In this document: positions 42,747-53,648 of the stretch, piece after piece
How the letters are laid out: every line of letters begins with the position of its first letter
Position numbering within the stretch: position 1 is the stretch's first letter
Origin: Candidatus Multivoradales bacterium
Lineage (GTDB): Bacteria; Acidobacteriota; Thermoanaerobaculia; Multivoradales; JAHEKO01
Assembly: GCA_965223155.1 (NCBI GenBank)
Contig: CBDCVR010000013.1
Span: 160,001-224,000, forward strand
DNA length: 64,000 nt
Reading direction: 5' to 3'
Made by a program: the position numbers and the translations under genes
The notes under the pieces: generated by a model
What the model was told of the DNA's origin: nothing
Database searches by the model: none
The model's input: the letters and a program-made list of their open reading frames with translations, nothing else

Positions 42747-43571
42747 TCAGCCGAGGGCGACGTCGAGGATCATCATGACCACGAATCCGGCCACTAGGCC
42801 GAGGGTGGCGGCGTCGGCGTTGCCGGAGCTTTGGGCCTCGGGGACGACCTCCTCGACCACCACGAAGATCATGGCGCCGGCGGCGAAGGCGAGTGCGTAG
42901 GGCAGGATTGGCTGCCAGAGCGTGACCGCGGCGGCGCCGAGCACTCCGGCGACGGGTTCGACCGCGCCCGAGAGCTGACCGTAGAAGAAGCTCTTGGAGC
43001 GCGAGAAGCCTTCGCGGCGCAGCGGCATCGACACCGCCAGCCCTTCGGGGAAGTTTTGGATGCCGATGCCCAGGGCCAGGACCGTGGCGCCGGCCACCGT
43101 GGCCGAGTCAAGGCCATGGGCGGCGGCTCCGAAGGCGACGCCGACCGCGAGACCCTCGGGGATGTTGTGGAGGGTGATGGCCAGGACCAGTAGGGTCGTG
43201 CGCTCCAGATTCGTCGGGATGCCCTCGGCTGACTCGATCGGGGCCTTGAGATGGACGTGCGGGGTTACGAGATCGGCCAGGCGCAAGAAGAGAGCGCCGA
43301 GGCTGAAGCCCACGGCGGCTGGAAACCAGGTGGGTACCGCGAGCCCCGCCGACATCTCGATGGCCGGTGCCAGGAGAGACCAAAAGCTGGCGGCGATCAT
43401 CACTCCGCCGGTAAAGCCGAGCATGACGTCGAGCACCTTGCGGTTCTCTTGGCGGAGGAACCAGACCAAGGAGGCTCCGGCGGCGGTCAGCCCCCAAGTG
43501 AAGAGCGTTCCGACGAGCGCTTGGTGAACGGGCCCGAGCTCGAGGAAGCGCGACCAAAGCGAATCCACCAT
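42747..43571 (-). CDS. ZIP (ZupT/GufA) family metal transporter
   Basis: AITLHNIPEGLAVGVAF and GIGIQNFPEGLAVS motifs, with multiple TM segments. Confidence 0.92.
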   Translation of the reverse strand: MVDSLWSRFLELGPVHQALVGTLFTWGLTAAGASLVWFLRQENRKVLDVMLGFTGGVMIAASFWSLLAPAIEMSAGLAVPTWFPAAVGFSLGALFLRLADLVTPHVHLKAPIESAEGIPTNLERTTLLVLAITLHNIPEGLAVGVAFGAAAHGLDSATVAGATVLALGIGIQNFPEGLAVSMPLRREGFSRSKSFFYGQLSGAVEPVAGVLGAAAVTLWQPILPYALAFAAGAMIFVVVEEVVPEAQSSGNADAATLGLVAGFVVMMILDVALG

Positions 43572-43717
43572 CAACTCAGTCTACGAGCGTGGGCGGCGCG
43601 GCACAATCCGGGACGGCGGCCGGACCGGCGAGTCCGTCTGGCCGAGAGCAGCGAGTTGAAGGCGCGATGGGGGAGAGCGTCTCGTGCGCGCGCTTGGCGT
43701 TGAGCGCGAAGCCCGAA

Positions 43718-45028
43718 TCAGCCGGCCGGCATCGTGACGACGACTTCGTTGCCGAAGTTCGAGCGCTTGCCGGAAGCAACGGCTCGAATGCGGAACGCAT
43801 ACGTGACGCCGGGCTTGAGGCCGGTTACGACGAGGCGTTTGACGTTGGCCGAGGGTGAGGCGATGCGGCGGAAGCGCTTGGAGCCGCGCTTCATCTGAAC
43901 CTCGAAGCCGGTTTCGTTCTTGGAGCGGTCGCGCCAGCGCAGGCGAATCCGGGTTGGGCTCAAGACGCGGACTCGCAGCCGGCCAGGAGCCTTGATCGAC
44001 GGGCCGTCGTCGCCGCCGCCGTCGCCACCGCTGCCACCGGGGAGATCCGCGATTTGCACGAGAGTGGTGCCTTCGCCGCTGGCCGCGACGCGCGAGCCTC
44101 CAAGGATGTAGAACTTGCCGCGGAAGAGGACATGGCCGACGCCATGAAGAGCTTCCGGTGCGGGTTCGAGCAAGGTCCAGGCGTCGGCGGCCGGGTCGTA
44201 GCTCTGCAGTACGTTCGACACCGCGCCGCCACCGATGTCTTCGCCGCCGTAGGCGTAGATCTTTCCGTCGTGCACGCCAACCGCGTGGCCCGACGCGGGG
44301 GATTCCATCCGTGCGCCCTGCGTCCAGGTGTCGGAGACCGGGTCGTAGATCTGAGTGTCGTTGCGGTTGGCGAGGTTGTTGCGGCCGCCGACGACGTAGA
44401 TCTTGCCGCCCAGGACGCCGCCGAAGACATGCTCGCTGGCCCTGGGCAAGGGGGCCAGCTCCTCCCAGGAATCGGTGGCGGGATCGTAGACCTCGTGGGC
44501 GGTGACGGCGCCGCCCGTGATGATGCTCCGGGAGCCGCCGATGGCGTGGATCTTGCCGTTCCGAACCACGGTTGCCATGGCGGTTCGCGCGGTGGGCATC
44601 GCTGCGCCCTCGGACCAAGTTTCGGTCGCGGGGTCAAAGATCTGGAGTGTCGAGCTCGCGAGCCCGGTACCGGCCACCACGTAGAGCTTGCCCTGGACGG
44701 CGACGACGCCGGCATGATGGGTGCCGGTCGGGAGGTCGGGCCCCACGCTCCAGCGGCCGGCCGCGGGATCGAAGATCAGGAGAGCGTGCTCATTCTCTTC
44801 CAGGAAGCCGCCCGCCGCGTAGATCTTGCCGCCGATGACGGCGGCTCCGAACTCGGAGTTCGCGATCGGCATCTCCGGTCCGAACGACCAGGTCACCGGC
44901 TGAGCCGCCGTAGGTCCAGGAGCGACGAGGAGGAAGAGGAAGAGTCCCGTCAGAAGGCCGATGAGGTGTTTGGCGATACGGGTGGTTGGAAGGCGCATGA
45001 CGTCTGGGTGGCGCAAGTGCAGTGCCAT
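43718..45028 (-). CDS. Secreted Kelch-repeat beta-propeller protein with C-terminal fibronectin type III domain
   Basis: Signal peptide; six GKIY..GG/YDP..D.W Kelch repeats; Gly/Asp linker; FN3 motif W.DRS.NETGF...GLKPG.TY.FRIRA. Start may be the ATG ~30 bp downstream. Confidence 0.85.
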   Translation of the reverse strand: MALHLRHPDVMRLPTTRIAKHLIGLLTGLFLFLLVAPGPTAAQPVTWSFGPEMPIANSEFGAAVIGGKIYAAGGFLEENEHALLIFDPAAGRWSVGPDLPTGTHHAGVVAVQGKLYVVAGTGLASSTLQIFDPATETWSEGAAMPTARTAMATVVRNGKIHAIGGSRSIITGGAVTAHEVYDPATDSWEELAPLPRASEHVFGGVLGGKIYVVGGRNNLANRNDTQIYDPVSDTWTQGARMESPASGHAVGVHDGKIYAYGGEDIGGGAVSNVLQSYDPAADAWTLLEPAPEALHGVGHVLFRGKFYILGGSRVAASGEGTTLVQIADLPGGSGGDGGGDDGPSIKAPGRLRVRVLSPTRIRLRWRDRSKNETGFEVQMKRGSKRFRRIASPSANVKRLVVTGLKPGVTYAFRIRAVASGKRSNFGNEVVVTMPAG

Positions 45029-45263
45029 CGGGGGCGTGCCGCGAATCCTCGAGTGACGGAGCCTGGCAGAGCGGGCCCTTCTGGGGTGGCCGGGGTGACG
45101 GCGCCGGGCTGGGCCCGGAGTCCCGATCCGGTTCGCCGGACAGAGCGGTTCAAGACACTGAAGTTGGTAGCGGGAGACGCCGAGGACCAGACGAGGCCCG
45201 GATCGATGACACCCGGCGAGCCGCCGTGCGATGGATCCGCAGGGTCCGGTGGGCGGAGACCGG

Positions 45264-46871
45264 CTAGGGACCCTGAAGGACCTTGAGCGGGCCGGACACA
45301 GCCGGCGGCGGCGAAGCCGCGACCGGCACCGAGGCGCCGGCTTCGCCCAGGCGCGGCTCCCAGAACTGCCCGGCCTCGTAGAGACACCGGATCTGGGCGT
45401 ACTGGAAAAGGGCCCGCATGACCGGCTCCTCGGACTCGGGCTTGTTCCGAACGGCCGCCCGGACCGTGTTCCACATGGCCTTTTCCTCGTCGCCGCGCTG
45501 CACCATGCGCATGACCACGGCCACGGCCTCGGCGTCCACGGGGCGCATCTGACGGCGGACGGCGCCGGCCTTGCCGGCCAGCGCGCCGCGGCGCGGGCCG
45601 AGCGCTTCGATCATGTTGAGGACTCGCTGGGTGAAGTTCTCGGGCGAGTAGAGCTGGTTGCCCAGCCACTTGAGGCCGTCGAAGAGTTGCTCGCGGCTCA
45701 TCTGGTTGGGGATGACGTTGGTATCCCAGGGAGAGCCCGCGGTCTCCGAGCCCTCGACCAGGCGGCCGCCGGTCTCCATGCGTTCGTGAAGTGGCGTGGC
45801 CTCGGGAGCCACCAGCGCTCCGACGGTGAAGGTCGGCACCGGTGCCGCCATGGCGAAGTCGAATTGGGTCTGGAAGATGTCGAGGCCGTCCGAGTCGAAG
45901 CCGACGATCATGCCGCCCTGAACGGCGACTCCGTGGTCCAGGAAGACCTCGATCTGCTCGTGCAGGTCGAGCTTCAGGTTCTGCCGCTTCTTGGTCTCCT
46001 TGAGAGCCTCGGGATTGGGTGTTTCGATGCCGATGAAGACGTTGAGGAGGCCGGCGCGCGCCAGCAGGTCCATCAGCTCGGGATCCCGGGCAGCGTCGAT
46101 GGATACCTGGGTGCTGAAGGACATCGGGCCCTCGGGACGGTTCAGGTTCCACTCGGCGACGGCCGCCAGGATCTCTTTGGCCCGCTTGCGATAGACGGTC
46201 AGATTGTCATCGGCTAGGAAGACCTCGCGATAGCCGATGTCGTAGAGGACGTCGAGCTCGGCCAGGATCTGATCCACCGGCTTGTGCCGCTGCTTGCGGC
46301 CCAGATACTGGATGACGTCGCAGAACTCGCACTCGAAAGGACAGCCGCGCGAGGTCTGGACGCAGCCGCTCAGGGCCCGGTCGTTGGGGTAGAGGTCCCA
46401 GCGCGGCAGGGGCGAGGTGGAGAGCTCGGGCTGGGTGCCGGTGTACTCCTCCTGCCAGTCGCCGCGTTCGAGGTCGGCGAAGAAGTCCGCGGCGATGCCC
46501 TCGAACTCGCCCACCACCAGAATGTCGCAATGCCCGCGCATTCGGCCCGGTGAGAGTGACGCGTAGGGCCCGCCGATGATGACGGTCTTGCCCCGGTTAC
46601 GGAACTCCGCCGCGAGCTCCAGCATCCGGGTGCCCTGAGTGATCTTGCCCGTGATGCCGATGAAGTCGGCGTCGGTGTCCAGATCGACCGGCTGGATGTA
46701 CTCGTCGCAGAGCTCGACCCGCCAGTCCTCAGGGGCGAAGGCGGCGATCGTCGTGACCGCCAGGTCGGCGATCGAATGCGCCGGTTCGAGCCCGAAGTGC
46801 TGAAACGCCTCGGCGCCGAAATAGCTTGGATAGAGCGATCGTGGATTGATGAGATACAGGCTTTTCGCCAT
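45264..46871 (-). CDS. B12-binding domain radical SAM protein
   Basis: N-terminal cobalamin-binding region (IIGGPYAS), RGCPFECEFC, FLADDN, FIGIET and IVGFD motifs. Confidence 0.9.
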   Translation of the reverse strand: MAKSLYLINPRSLYPSYFGAEAFQHFGLEPAHSIADLAVTTIAAFAPEDWRVELCDEYIQPVDLDTDADFIGITGKITQGTRMLELAAEFRNRGKTVIIGGPYASLSPGRMRGHCDILVVGEFEGIAADFFADLERGDWQEEYTGTQPELSTSPLPRWDLYPNDRALSGCVQTSRGCPFECEFCDVIQYLGRKQRHKPVDQILAELDVLYDIGYREVFLADDNLTVYRKRAKEILAAVAEWNLNRPEGPMSFSTQVSIDAARDPELMDLLARAGLLNVFIGIETPNPEALKETKKRQNLKLDLHEQIEVFLDHGVAVQGGMIVGFDSDGLDIFQTQFDFAMAAPVPTFTVGALVAPEATPLHERMETGGRLVEGSETAGSPWDTNVIPNQMSREQLFDGLKWLGNQLYSPENFTQRVLNMIEALGPRRGALAGKAGAVRRQMRPVDAEAVAVVMRMVQRGDEEKAMWNTVRAAVRNKPESEEPVMRALFQYAQIRCLYEAGQFWEPRLGEAGASVPVAASPPPAVSGPLKVLQGP

Positions 46872-46948
46872 GGGCTCTCCCGGCTGCCCTCGAGTGACGT
46901 TGAAGCTCGGATGCTGGTCCGATGAAGTCTACTACGAGGGCGTTTCGG

Positions 46949-47452
46949 TCACTGGGAGCGGTAATTGGTGAACTGCATGTCGATGCCCAAGTCGCGCTCC
47001 TTGAGCAGAGCGATGACCTGTTGCAGGGTGTCCCGGTCCTTGCCCGAGACCCGCACCAGATCGCCCTGGATCGAGGTCTGAACCTTGAGCTTCTCGTTCT
47101 TGATGATCTTGACGATCTCCTTGGCCTTCTCGGTCGGGATGCCCTGCTGGAGTGTTACTTCCTGCCGGACCGTGCCCTTTGCGGCCGGCTCGATCACGCC
47201 GTAGGCGAGCGCCTTCAGGGACACGCCCCGGCGCACCAACTTCTGTTGCAGAATTTGATTGACCGCCCCGAGCTTGTACTCGTCCGCCGAGCTCAGGGTC
47301 AGCCGATGCTCCTTGTCGTGGAATTCGATGCCGGAGCCCGTGCCTTTGAGATCGAATCGTTGCAGGATCTCCTTCATTGCTTGATTGACGGAGTTGGCGA
47401 CCTCGGCCAGGTCCACGTTGGAGGCGATGTCGAAAGAATTTTGCTTGGCCAT
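46949..47452 (-). CDS. yajQ: YajQ family nucleotide/c-di-GMP-binding protein
   Basis: SFDIAS.VD..EV.N, RFDLKG, KVQ.SIQGD.VRVSGK.RD.LQ, QFTNYR. Confidence 0.93.
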   Translation of the reverse strand: MAKQNSFDIASNVDLAEVANSVNQAMKEILQRFDLKGTGSGIEFHDKEHRLTLSSADEYKLGAVNQILQQKLVRRGVSLKALAYGVIEPAAKGTVRQEVTLQQGIPTEKAKEIVKIIKNEKLKVQTSIQGDLVRVSGKDRDTLQQVIALLKERDLGIDMQFTNYRSQ

Positions 47453-47470
47453 GAAGTCGTCCTTTCCGGC

Positions 47471-48385
47471 CTATGGGTCCAGGCTACGGAGATTGTTCAA
47501 GGTAACGGTGGAGACGTGTCGCATTCGAGACCGAACGAAGTCCGGGGTGATCGAGTCTACCGACTGATTGGGCCCGTCGATGCCGAAATTCTCCTGGTCG
47601 AACACCAGGATACCGGCCGCCCGCCGGAAGTTGGTGAGCCTTCGGAAGCGTAAGCCGCCGCCGCTCCGCAGGTAGCTGTAGGCGAAGAGCTCGAGGCGGG
47701 CCGTTTGCGGATCGAACCAGAAGGTGAACTCGTCGTCCGCGTCGGTGCTCGAGCCCGGAGTGAAGGTCACCTTGACGCGGTGGAGGCGCTGCCCGTCCCA
47801 GTCTTCGATCCCCAGGTCCTCTTTCCAGACGCCCGGGTCGTTCAGCTTGTAGGGCAAGAAGGTGAAGTAGACGCGCTGCATCACCCAATCGGTGAGACGG
47901 GCGGCGCGGTCGGCGTCGACCGGGCGGCGCTGGCCGTCGAGGAATTCCTCGACCCGATCGTTGGTGACCCGAGCGCGGCGGATGGCACCCGTGCCGGTCT
48001 CGGCTTCGACCCGGTAGTCGAAGAGGCCGCCTCGCCGATCCACCTCGAGGCGGGCGCAGCCGGACTTGGAGCAGAGATCGAGCGCGAGCGAGCTGTTCTC
48101 GTACCGGGGGCCGCCATGAAAGGCGATCGAGCGATCCACGACGTCGAGACGGGACACCGGCGCCGAAGCGGCCAACGCGGCCGGCCGGCCCGGCCGAGCC
48201 GGTGGCTCGGTGCCGGAGCAGGCCGCGGTCGCGACTCCGAAGACCAGGCCGAGGACTATCGCTGGCAGGCTAGGCGGGCTCTTGAAGCCCCTGCTGGGTC
48301 GATCATCCGGAACTCGGCCGGCTCGAGCCCGGCCGGCCCAAGCCCGGTTAGCCCGGGCCAGGGACGATCCGTGCGAGGACGTCAA
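47471..48385 (-). CDS. Hypothetical exported lipoprotein (DUF6503-like); start uncertain
   Basis: Lipobox-like ATAAC; SIAFHGG; YFTFLPYKLNDPGV; GGGLRFR. Confidence 0.6.
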   Translation of the reverse strand: MTSSHGSSLARANRAWAGRARAGRVPDDRPSRGFKSPPSLPAIVLGLVFGVATAACSGTEPPARPGRPAALAASAPVSRLDVVDRSIAFHGGPRYENSSLALDLCSKSGCARLEVDRRGGLFDYRVEAETGTGAIRRARVTNDRVEEFLDGQRRPVDADRAARLTDWVMQRVYFTFLPYKLNDPGVWKEDLGIEDWDGQRLHRVKVTFTPGSSTDADDEFTFWFDPQTARLELFAYSYLRSGGGLRFRRLTNFRRAAGILVFDQENFGIDGPNQSVDSITPDFVRSRMRHVSTVTLNNLRSLDP

Positions 48386-48406
48386 GAGCCGCGCCGTCCG
48401 CGTTGG

Positions 48407-49237
<831 letters not shown>

Positions 49238-49254
49238 AGCGCGTGGAAACTATC

Positions 49255-50532
49255 ATGGTGTTCTACGGAACGCCCGACGTGCGAGACGACCCTACCAACC
49301 GCCCGGATCCGCTCGGAATCCAGGAATCCTCGGACTCCGGCCGCTCTCCGGCAACGCCGTCGAGTCGGGCCTCCGGCGCGGCCGAGCAATGGATTCGAGA
49401 GGCCGCCCTCGAGCTGGGATTCGACGAGGTCGGCTTTGCCCGTCTCGACAGGCCGGCGACGTCGGGAGCGTTTCTGGACTGGCTGGCTACCGGGCGGAAC
49501 GCCGGTATGGCGTATCTCGAGCGCTGGGTGGAGAAGAGGTTGGATCCCAAGCTGGTGCTGCCCGGTGCTCGAAGCGCCGTGTGCGTGGCGCAGCGCTACG
49601 TTGCCTCGCCGGCGGACGCGGTAGACGGCGAAGGCTCGCCGGGCACCGAGAGCGCCGGATCGAGCGAGCCTCTCCGGGTGGCCCGGTACGCTCGTGGCGG
49701 CGACTACCACGACTCGATGCTGGAGCGCTTGCAGCGGTTGGAGGAGCGGTTGCGTGGGCGCTTTCCAGAGGCACGGACCCGTCGCTACGTGGACACCGGG
49801 CCGGTCCTGGAGCGGGATCTCGCGTACCGGGCAGGGCTGGGCGCATTCGGCAAGAACACGAATCTGCTGCACCCCGAGCTGGGGTCGTGGTTTCTACTGG
49901 GCGAGGTCTTGACCACGCTGGAGTTGACTCCGGGAGACCCGGTTGCCGATTTGTGCGGCTCGTGCACGGCTTGTCTCGATGCCTGTCCCACCGGGGCGCT
50001 GCCCGAACCCTTCGTCCTCGACGCCAATCGGTGCATCAGTTTCTGGACGATCGAGCACCGGGGGGCGATTCCCGAGCCGGTGCGCGGCGATCTCGCCGGC
50101 TGGCTCTTTGGTTGCGACATCTGTCAGGAGGTCTGTCCGATGAACGCGGCTGCCACGCCGGCGCCGGTGCGGTCCGAGCTTCAGCCCGGCGCCGCCGTTG
50201 CCGGCCTGACCCTGGGTGGCCTCTTGCGCCTCGACCGCGAGGCCTACGTCGAGCGCTTCCGGGGCAGCCCGATGAAGCGAGCCAAGCTCGCCGGGTTGAA
50301 GCGGAACGCGGCTCTGGCCATGGCGGCCACCGGGGACCTGCGCTACGTCCAGGTGCTGGGAGAGGGGCTGGCCGACGCGGAAGCCGAGGTGCGGCAGACT
50401 TGTGCCTGGGCTTTGGCGAGGCTAGGAGGGGACGCGGCCAGGGGTTTCCTCGAGGCCAGGCGCGAGTCCGAAGCCGACCCGATGGTGCGGATCGAGATCC
50501 ACCAAGCGCTCGAAACTTCCGGGATTTCTTGA
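49255..50532 (+). CDS. queG: Epoxyqueuosine reductase
   Basis: ARYARGGDYH, YVDTGPVLER, GKNT, CGSCTACLDACPTGA, GCDICQEVCP and a C-terminal HEAT-like tail. Start uncertain. Confidence 0.92.
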   Translation: MVFYGTPDVRDDPTNRPDPLGIQESSDSGRSPATPSSRASGAAEQWIREAALELGFDEVGFARLDRPATSGAFLDWLATGRNAGMAYLERWVEKRLDPKLVLPGARSAVCVAQRYVASPADAVDGEGSPGTESAGSSEPLRVARYARGGDYHDSMLERLQRLEERLRGRFPEARTRRYVDTGPVLERDLAYRAGLGAFGKNTNLLHPELGSWFLLGEVLTTLELTPGDPVADLCGSCTACLDACPTGALPEPFVLDANRCISFWTIEHRGAIPEPVRGDLAGWLFGCDICQEVCPMNAAATPAPVRSELQPGAAVAGLTLGGLLRLDREAYVERFRGSPMKRAKLAGLKRNAALAMAATGDLRYVQVLGEGLADAEAEVRQTCAWALARLGGDAARGFLEARRESEADPMVRIEIHQALETSGIS

Positions 50533-50558
50533 CACTCTCGAAAACCCCCGCCTATACT
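50529..50558 (+). promoter_or_regulatory. Sigma70-type promoter for the rpsA operon
   Basis: TTGACA (50529-50534), 18-bp spacer, TATACT (50553-50558), about 105 bp upstream of the rpsA ATG. Confidence 0.7.
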
Positions 50559-50662
50559 CCGAAGCCCCGAGTTCCCAGGCACTTAGCGAAGCTCGGTGCC
50601 CCCGCGTCAGCGGAGGGCGACAGGCCACGGGCCTGATCAAGACACCAGGAGGTATTGGTTTC

Positions 50663-52462
50663 ATGCACCCGACCGAAGAACGGCAGGAGTCGACCGACGT
50701 CGACATGCCGAGCGCGGCCAACTCAGAGGAAACCGGCGAAGCTCAAGCCGCCGGCGACGACATGAGCTACGAGGATCTGGCCGCAATGTACGACGCGAGC
50801 ATGCGTCATTTGAGCGAAGGCGAGATCATCAAAGGGACCGTCATTGAGCTGACGGCCAACGACGCGGTAATCGACGTCGGCTACAAGTCCGAGGGGCTGG
50901 TTCCCCTGCACGAATTTTCGACCCGGGACGGAGATATTTCCGTACAGCCGGGCGACGAGGTCGAGGTTCTGCTCGAGAGGGCCGAGGACGTCGAAGGCCA
51001 CGTCTTGCTATCCAAGCGCAAGGCCGAGCGCATGCGCGTCTGGGCCGACGTGGAGCGCAGCTATAACGCCAGCGAGGTCATCAAGGGCCGCGTGCTGGAT
51101 CGAATCAAGGGCGGCCTGACCGTCGACATTGGCATCCGCGCGTTCCTGCCGGGCTCGCTGGTCGACATCCGGCCCATCAAGAATCTGGAGTCGCTTTGCG
51201 GCGAGGAGCTTGAGTTCAAGGTCATCAGCATGGACCGGCGACGCAACAACGTCGTCCTGTCCCGCAAGGCTGTGCTTGAGAAGGAATTCGCCGCCAAGAA
51301 GAAGGAGACCTTGAACAGCCTCGAGGAGGGGCTGCGGATTCAAGGCGTGGTCAAGAACATCACCGACTACGGTGCCTTCGTGGATCTGGGCGGCGTGGAT
51401 GGGTTGCTACACATCACCGACATCTCGTGGGGCCGGGTCAACCACCCGTCCGAGCACTTCAGCGTGGGGGACGAGGTGGAGGTCGTGGTGCTCAAGTTCG
51501 ATCCGGAGACCGAGCGGGTCTCCCTCGGCTACAAGCAGCGTGGCGAAGATCCCTGGAACCTGGTCGACAAGAAGTACCCGCTGGGCGCCCGCGTGCGCGG
51601 CAAGGTCGTGAGCCTGGTTGACTACGGCGCGTTCGTCGAGCTCGAGGACGGCGTCGAGGGCTTGGTCCACGTCAGCGAGATGTCCTGGACCAAGAAGGTC
51701 TTGAATCCGTCGAGCGTGCTCGAGGTGGGCGACGAGGTCGAGGCCATCGTCTCGGAGCTGGATCTCGGCCAGCGGCGGATCAGCCTGTCCTTGCGTCAGG
51801 CCGAGCGCAATCCGTGGGAGGAGCTGGCTGTCAGCCACCCGATCGGATCGGTGGTCGAGGGCGAGGTCCGGAACCTCACGGAGTTCGGCGCCTTCGTTCA
51901 TATCACCGAAGAGATCGACGGTCTGGTCCACGTCTCGGACATGAGCTGGACCAAGCGGGTTCAGCATCCGGGCGAGGTTTTGACCAAGGGCGACAAGGTC
52001 AAGGCCAGGATCACCGGCATCGACGTCGAGAACCAGCGCGTGTCGCTGTCGATCAAGGAGTTCATGCCCAACGCTTGGGACGATTTCATCGGCGAACACA
52101 AAGTCGGCGACACCATTACCGGCAAGGTCGTCAACGTCACGGACTTCGGCCTCTTCGTCGAGATCGACGACGGACTTGAAGGTCTTGCCCACGTCAGCGA
52201 GATCGACGTCGATGGCGGCTCGTTGGTCGGGGCGTTCGAGCTGGGACAATGGGTCTCCGCCCGCATCCTGCGAATCGAGGACGACGACCACAAGATTGGT
52301 TTGACCATGCGAGGTGTCTCGCAGCCGAGCGAGGACGAGATCGCCGAGTTGGAGGCGCAAGACAGCGCCGACTCGGCAGTCGAAGCCGACGCGGCCGAGT
52401 CCGAGGAGATCGATTCCGAGGATGCTGCCGTTGATTCGGCAGTGGCGGGGGAAGAGGAATAG
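50663..52462 (+). CDS. rpsA: 30S ribosomal protein S1
   Basis: Six S1 domains (DVGYKSEG, AFLPGS, YGAFVDLGGVDGLLHITD, EGLVHVSEMSW); AGGAGG upstream. Confidence 0.97.
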   Translation: MHPTEERQESTDVDMPSAANSEETGEAQAAGDDMSYEDLAAMYDASMRHLSEGEIIKGTVIELTANDAVIDVGYKSEGLVPLHEFSTRDGDISVQPGDEVEVLLERAEDVEGHVLLSKRKAERMRVWADVERSYNASEVIKGRVLDRIKGGLTVDIGIRAFLPGSLVDIRPIKNLESLCGEELEFKVISMDRRRNNVVLSRKAVLEKEFAAKKKETLNSLEEGLRIQGVVKNITDYGAFVDLGGVDGLLHITDISWGRVNHPSEHFSVGDEVEVVVLKFDPETERVSLGYKQRGEDPWNLVDKKYPLGARVRGKVVSLVDYGAFVELEDGVEGLVHVSEMSWTKKVLNPSSVLEVGDEVEAIVSELDLGQRRISLSLRQAERNPWEELAVSHPIGSVVEGEVRNLTEFGAFVHITEEIDGLVHVSDMSWTKRVQHPGEVLTKGDKVKARITGIDVENQRVSLSIKEFMPNAWDDFIGEHKVGDTITGKVVNVTDFGLFVEIDDGLEGLAHVSEIDVDGGSLVGAFELGQWVSARILRIEDDDHKIGLTMRGVSQPSEDEIAELEAQDSADSAVEADAAESEEIDSEDAAVDSAVAGEEE

Positions 52463-52542
52463 GCGAGCCTCGGGCCTGGGGCTCGCGAGCACGCACGGAT
52501 ACCAACCAAGTGATGGGGGATCGCTAAGTGGGTACGAACGGA

Positions 52543-52821
52543 ATGACCAAGGCCGAGCTGGTCGAGGAGGTCGCCAGGACGGCGCAGCTCACCAAGAAGC
52601 ACGCCGAGTTGATCGTCAACACGGTCTTCGAGAGCATCGTCACGTCGCTCAAGGATGGTGACAAGATCGAGCTCAGGGGATTCGGAAGTTTCCGGATTCG
52701 GAATCGCGGTCCCAGGATTGGCCGGAACCCCAAGACCGGGGCCCAGGTGCACGTACCCTCCAAGCGGATTCCGTATTTCAAGCCCGGCAAAGAGCTGAAG
52801 GATCTACTCAACGAAGACTAG
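52543..52821 (+). CDS. ihfB: Integration host factor beta / HU family DNA-binding protein
   Basis: MTKAEL...IELRGFGSF...GRNPKTG...PYFKPGKELK, in the classic position after rpsA. Confidence 0.88.
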   Translation: MTKAELVEEVARTAQLTKKHAELIVNTVFESIVTSLKDGDKIELRGFGSFRIRNRGPRIGRNPKTGAQVHVPSKRIPYFKPGKELKDLLNED

Positions 52822-52866
52822 GGAGTTTCCGGCCGGTAGGCGTGGTCGCGCCGCAAGCCGGCAGGG

Positions 52867-53313
52867 ATGGGAACTCCGGTCCTCTTCATCGATCTTGTGG
52901 CCGATTCCGAAGTGACAGCCCCCGAGGCTCCGCTGCAGAAGGTCGAGACCGGGCACTTGGTCCGGTCCGTCCTCCTGGCCTGGTTGGTGCCGGGATTCGG
53001 GCACCTGGCTCTGGGCAAGAAGACCCGAGCCGTGGTGTTCTCGGTCCTCATCTTCGCCTCCATCGGGATCGGTTTGAGCCTCGACGGCAATCTGCATCGG
53101 ATCGTTCCCGACCGGCCGCTCACCATCCTGGCAACCTTGGCTTCCATGGGCTCGGGGCTGCCGTACTTCCTGCTGCGCTATATCCTTGGGTACGCGGGGG
53201 AGCTGACCGCTCCCGGCTACGAGTACGGGTCGGCGTTTCTGCTGACCGCGGGCCTGATGAACCTCCTCCTTGTGCTGGACTGCTGGGATATCGCCCTGGG
53301 ACGGAAGGACTGA
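52867..53313 (+). CDS. Hypothetical membrane protein (DUF6677-like)
   Basis: LAWLVPGFGHL...EYG..FLL.AGL.NLL..LD pattern with TM segments. Start may be the GTG at ~52912. Confidence 0.65.
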   Translation: MGTPVLFIDLVADSEVTAPEAPLQKVETGHLVRSVLLAWLVPGFGHLALGKKTRAVVFSVLIFASIGIGLSLDGNLHRIVPDRPLTILATLASMGSGLPYFLLRYILGYAGELTAPGYEYGSAFLLTAGLMNLLLVLDCWDIALGRKD

Positions 53314-53317
53314 CTCG

Positions 53318-53509
53318 GTGCCGGTCAACCACGTCCTGCTCATGACCCTCTACGCGGTGATCGTGAGCCTGTTTTTTGCCTTTCTTTGGCGCCGGGAGAC
53401 CCGAGGCCGGGTTAGGCTCTTCAGCCAGTTGATGCTCGGCCTCCTGGGCGGCGGTATCCTGCTCTCGTGGCTGATGTACTTCTTTCCGTTCGGCCCGCCG
53501 GGAAGTTAG
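53318..53509 (+). CDS. Small two-TM hypothetical membrane protein
   Basis: GTG 4 bp after the previous stop; two hydrophobic helices ending WLMYFFP. Confidence 0.6.
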   Translation: MPVNHVLLMTLYAVIVSLFFAFLWRRETRGRVRLFSQLMLGLLGGGILLSWLMYFFPFGPPGS

Positions 53510-53648
53510 CCGGGGCCTTTGCCGCTGGTGCCTGTCCGGCCGTTGAGCTCGTAGGGCTCTTCATGGCAAGGGACCTGGCAATGCCCACCGCCCGCGCCAA
53601 GGACGAGAGCGGCTTTGTCCCGGCGCGGCGCGCGCCGTGGGGATGTCG

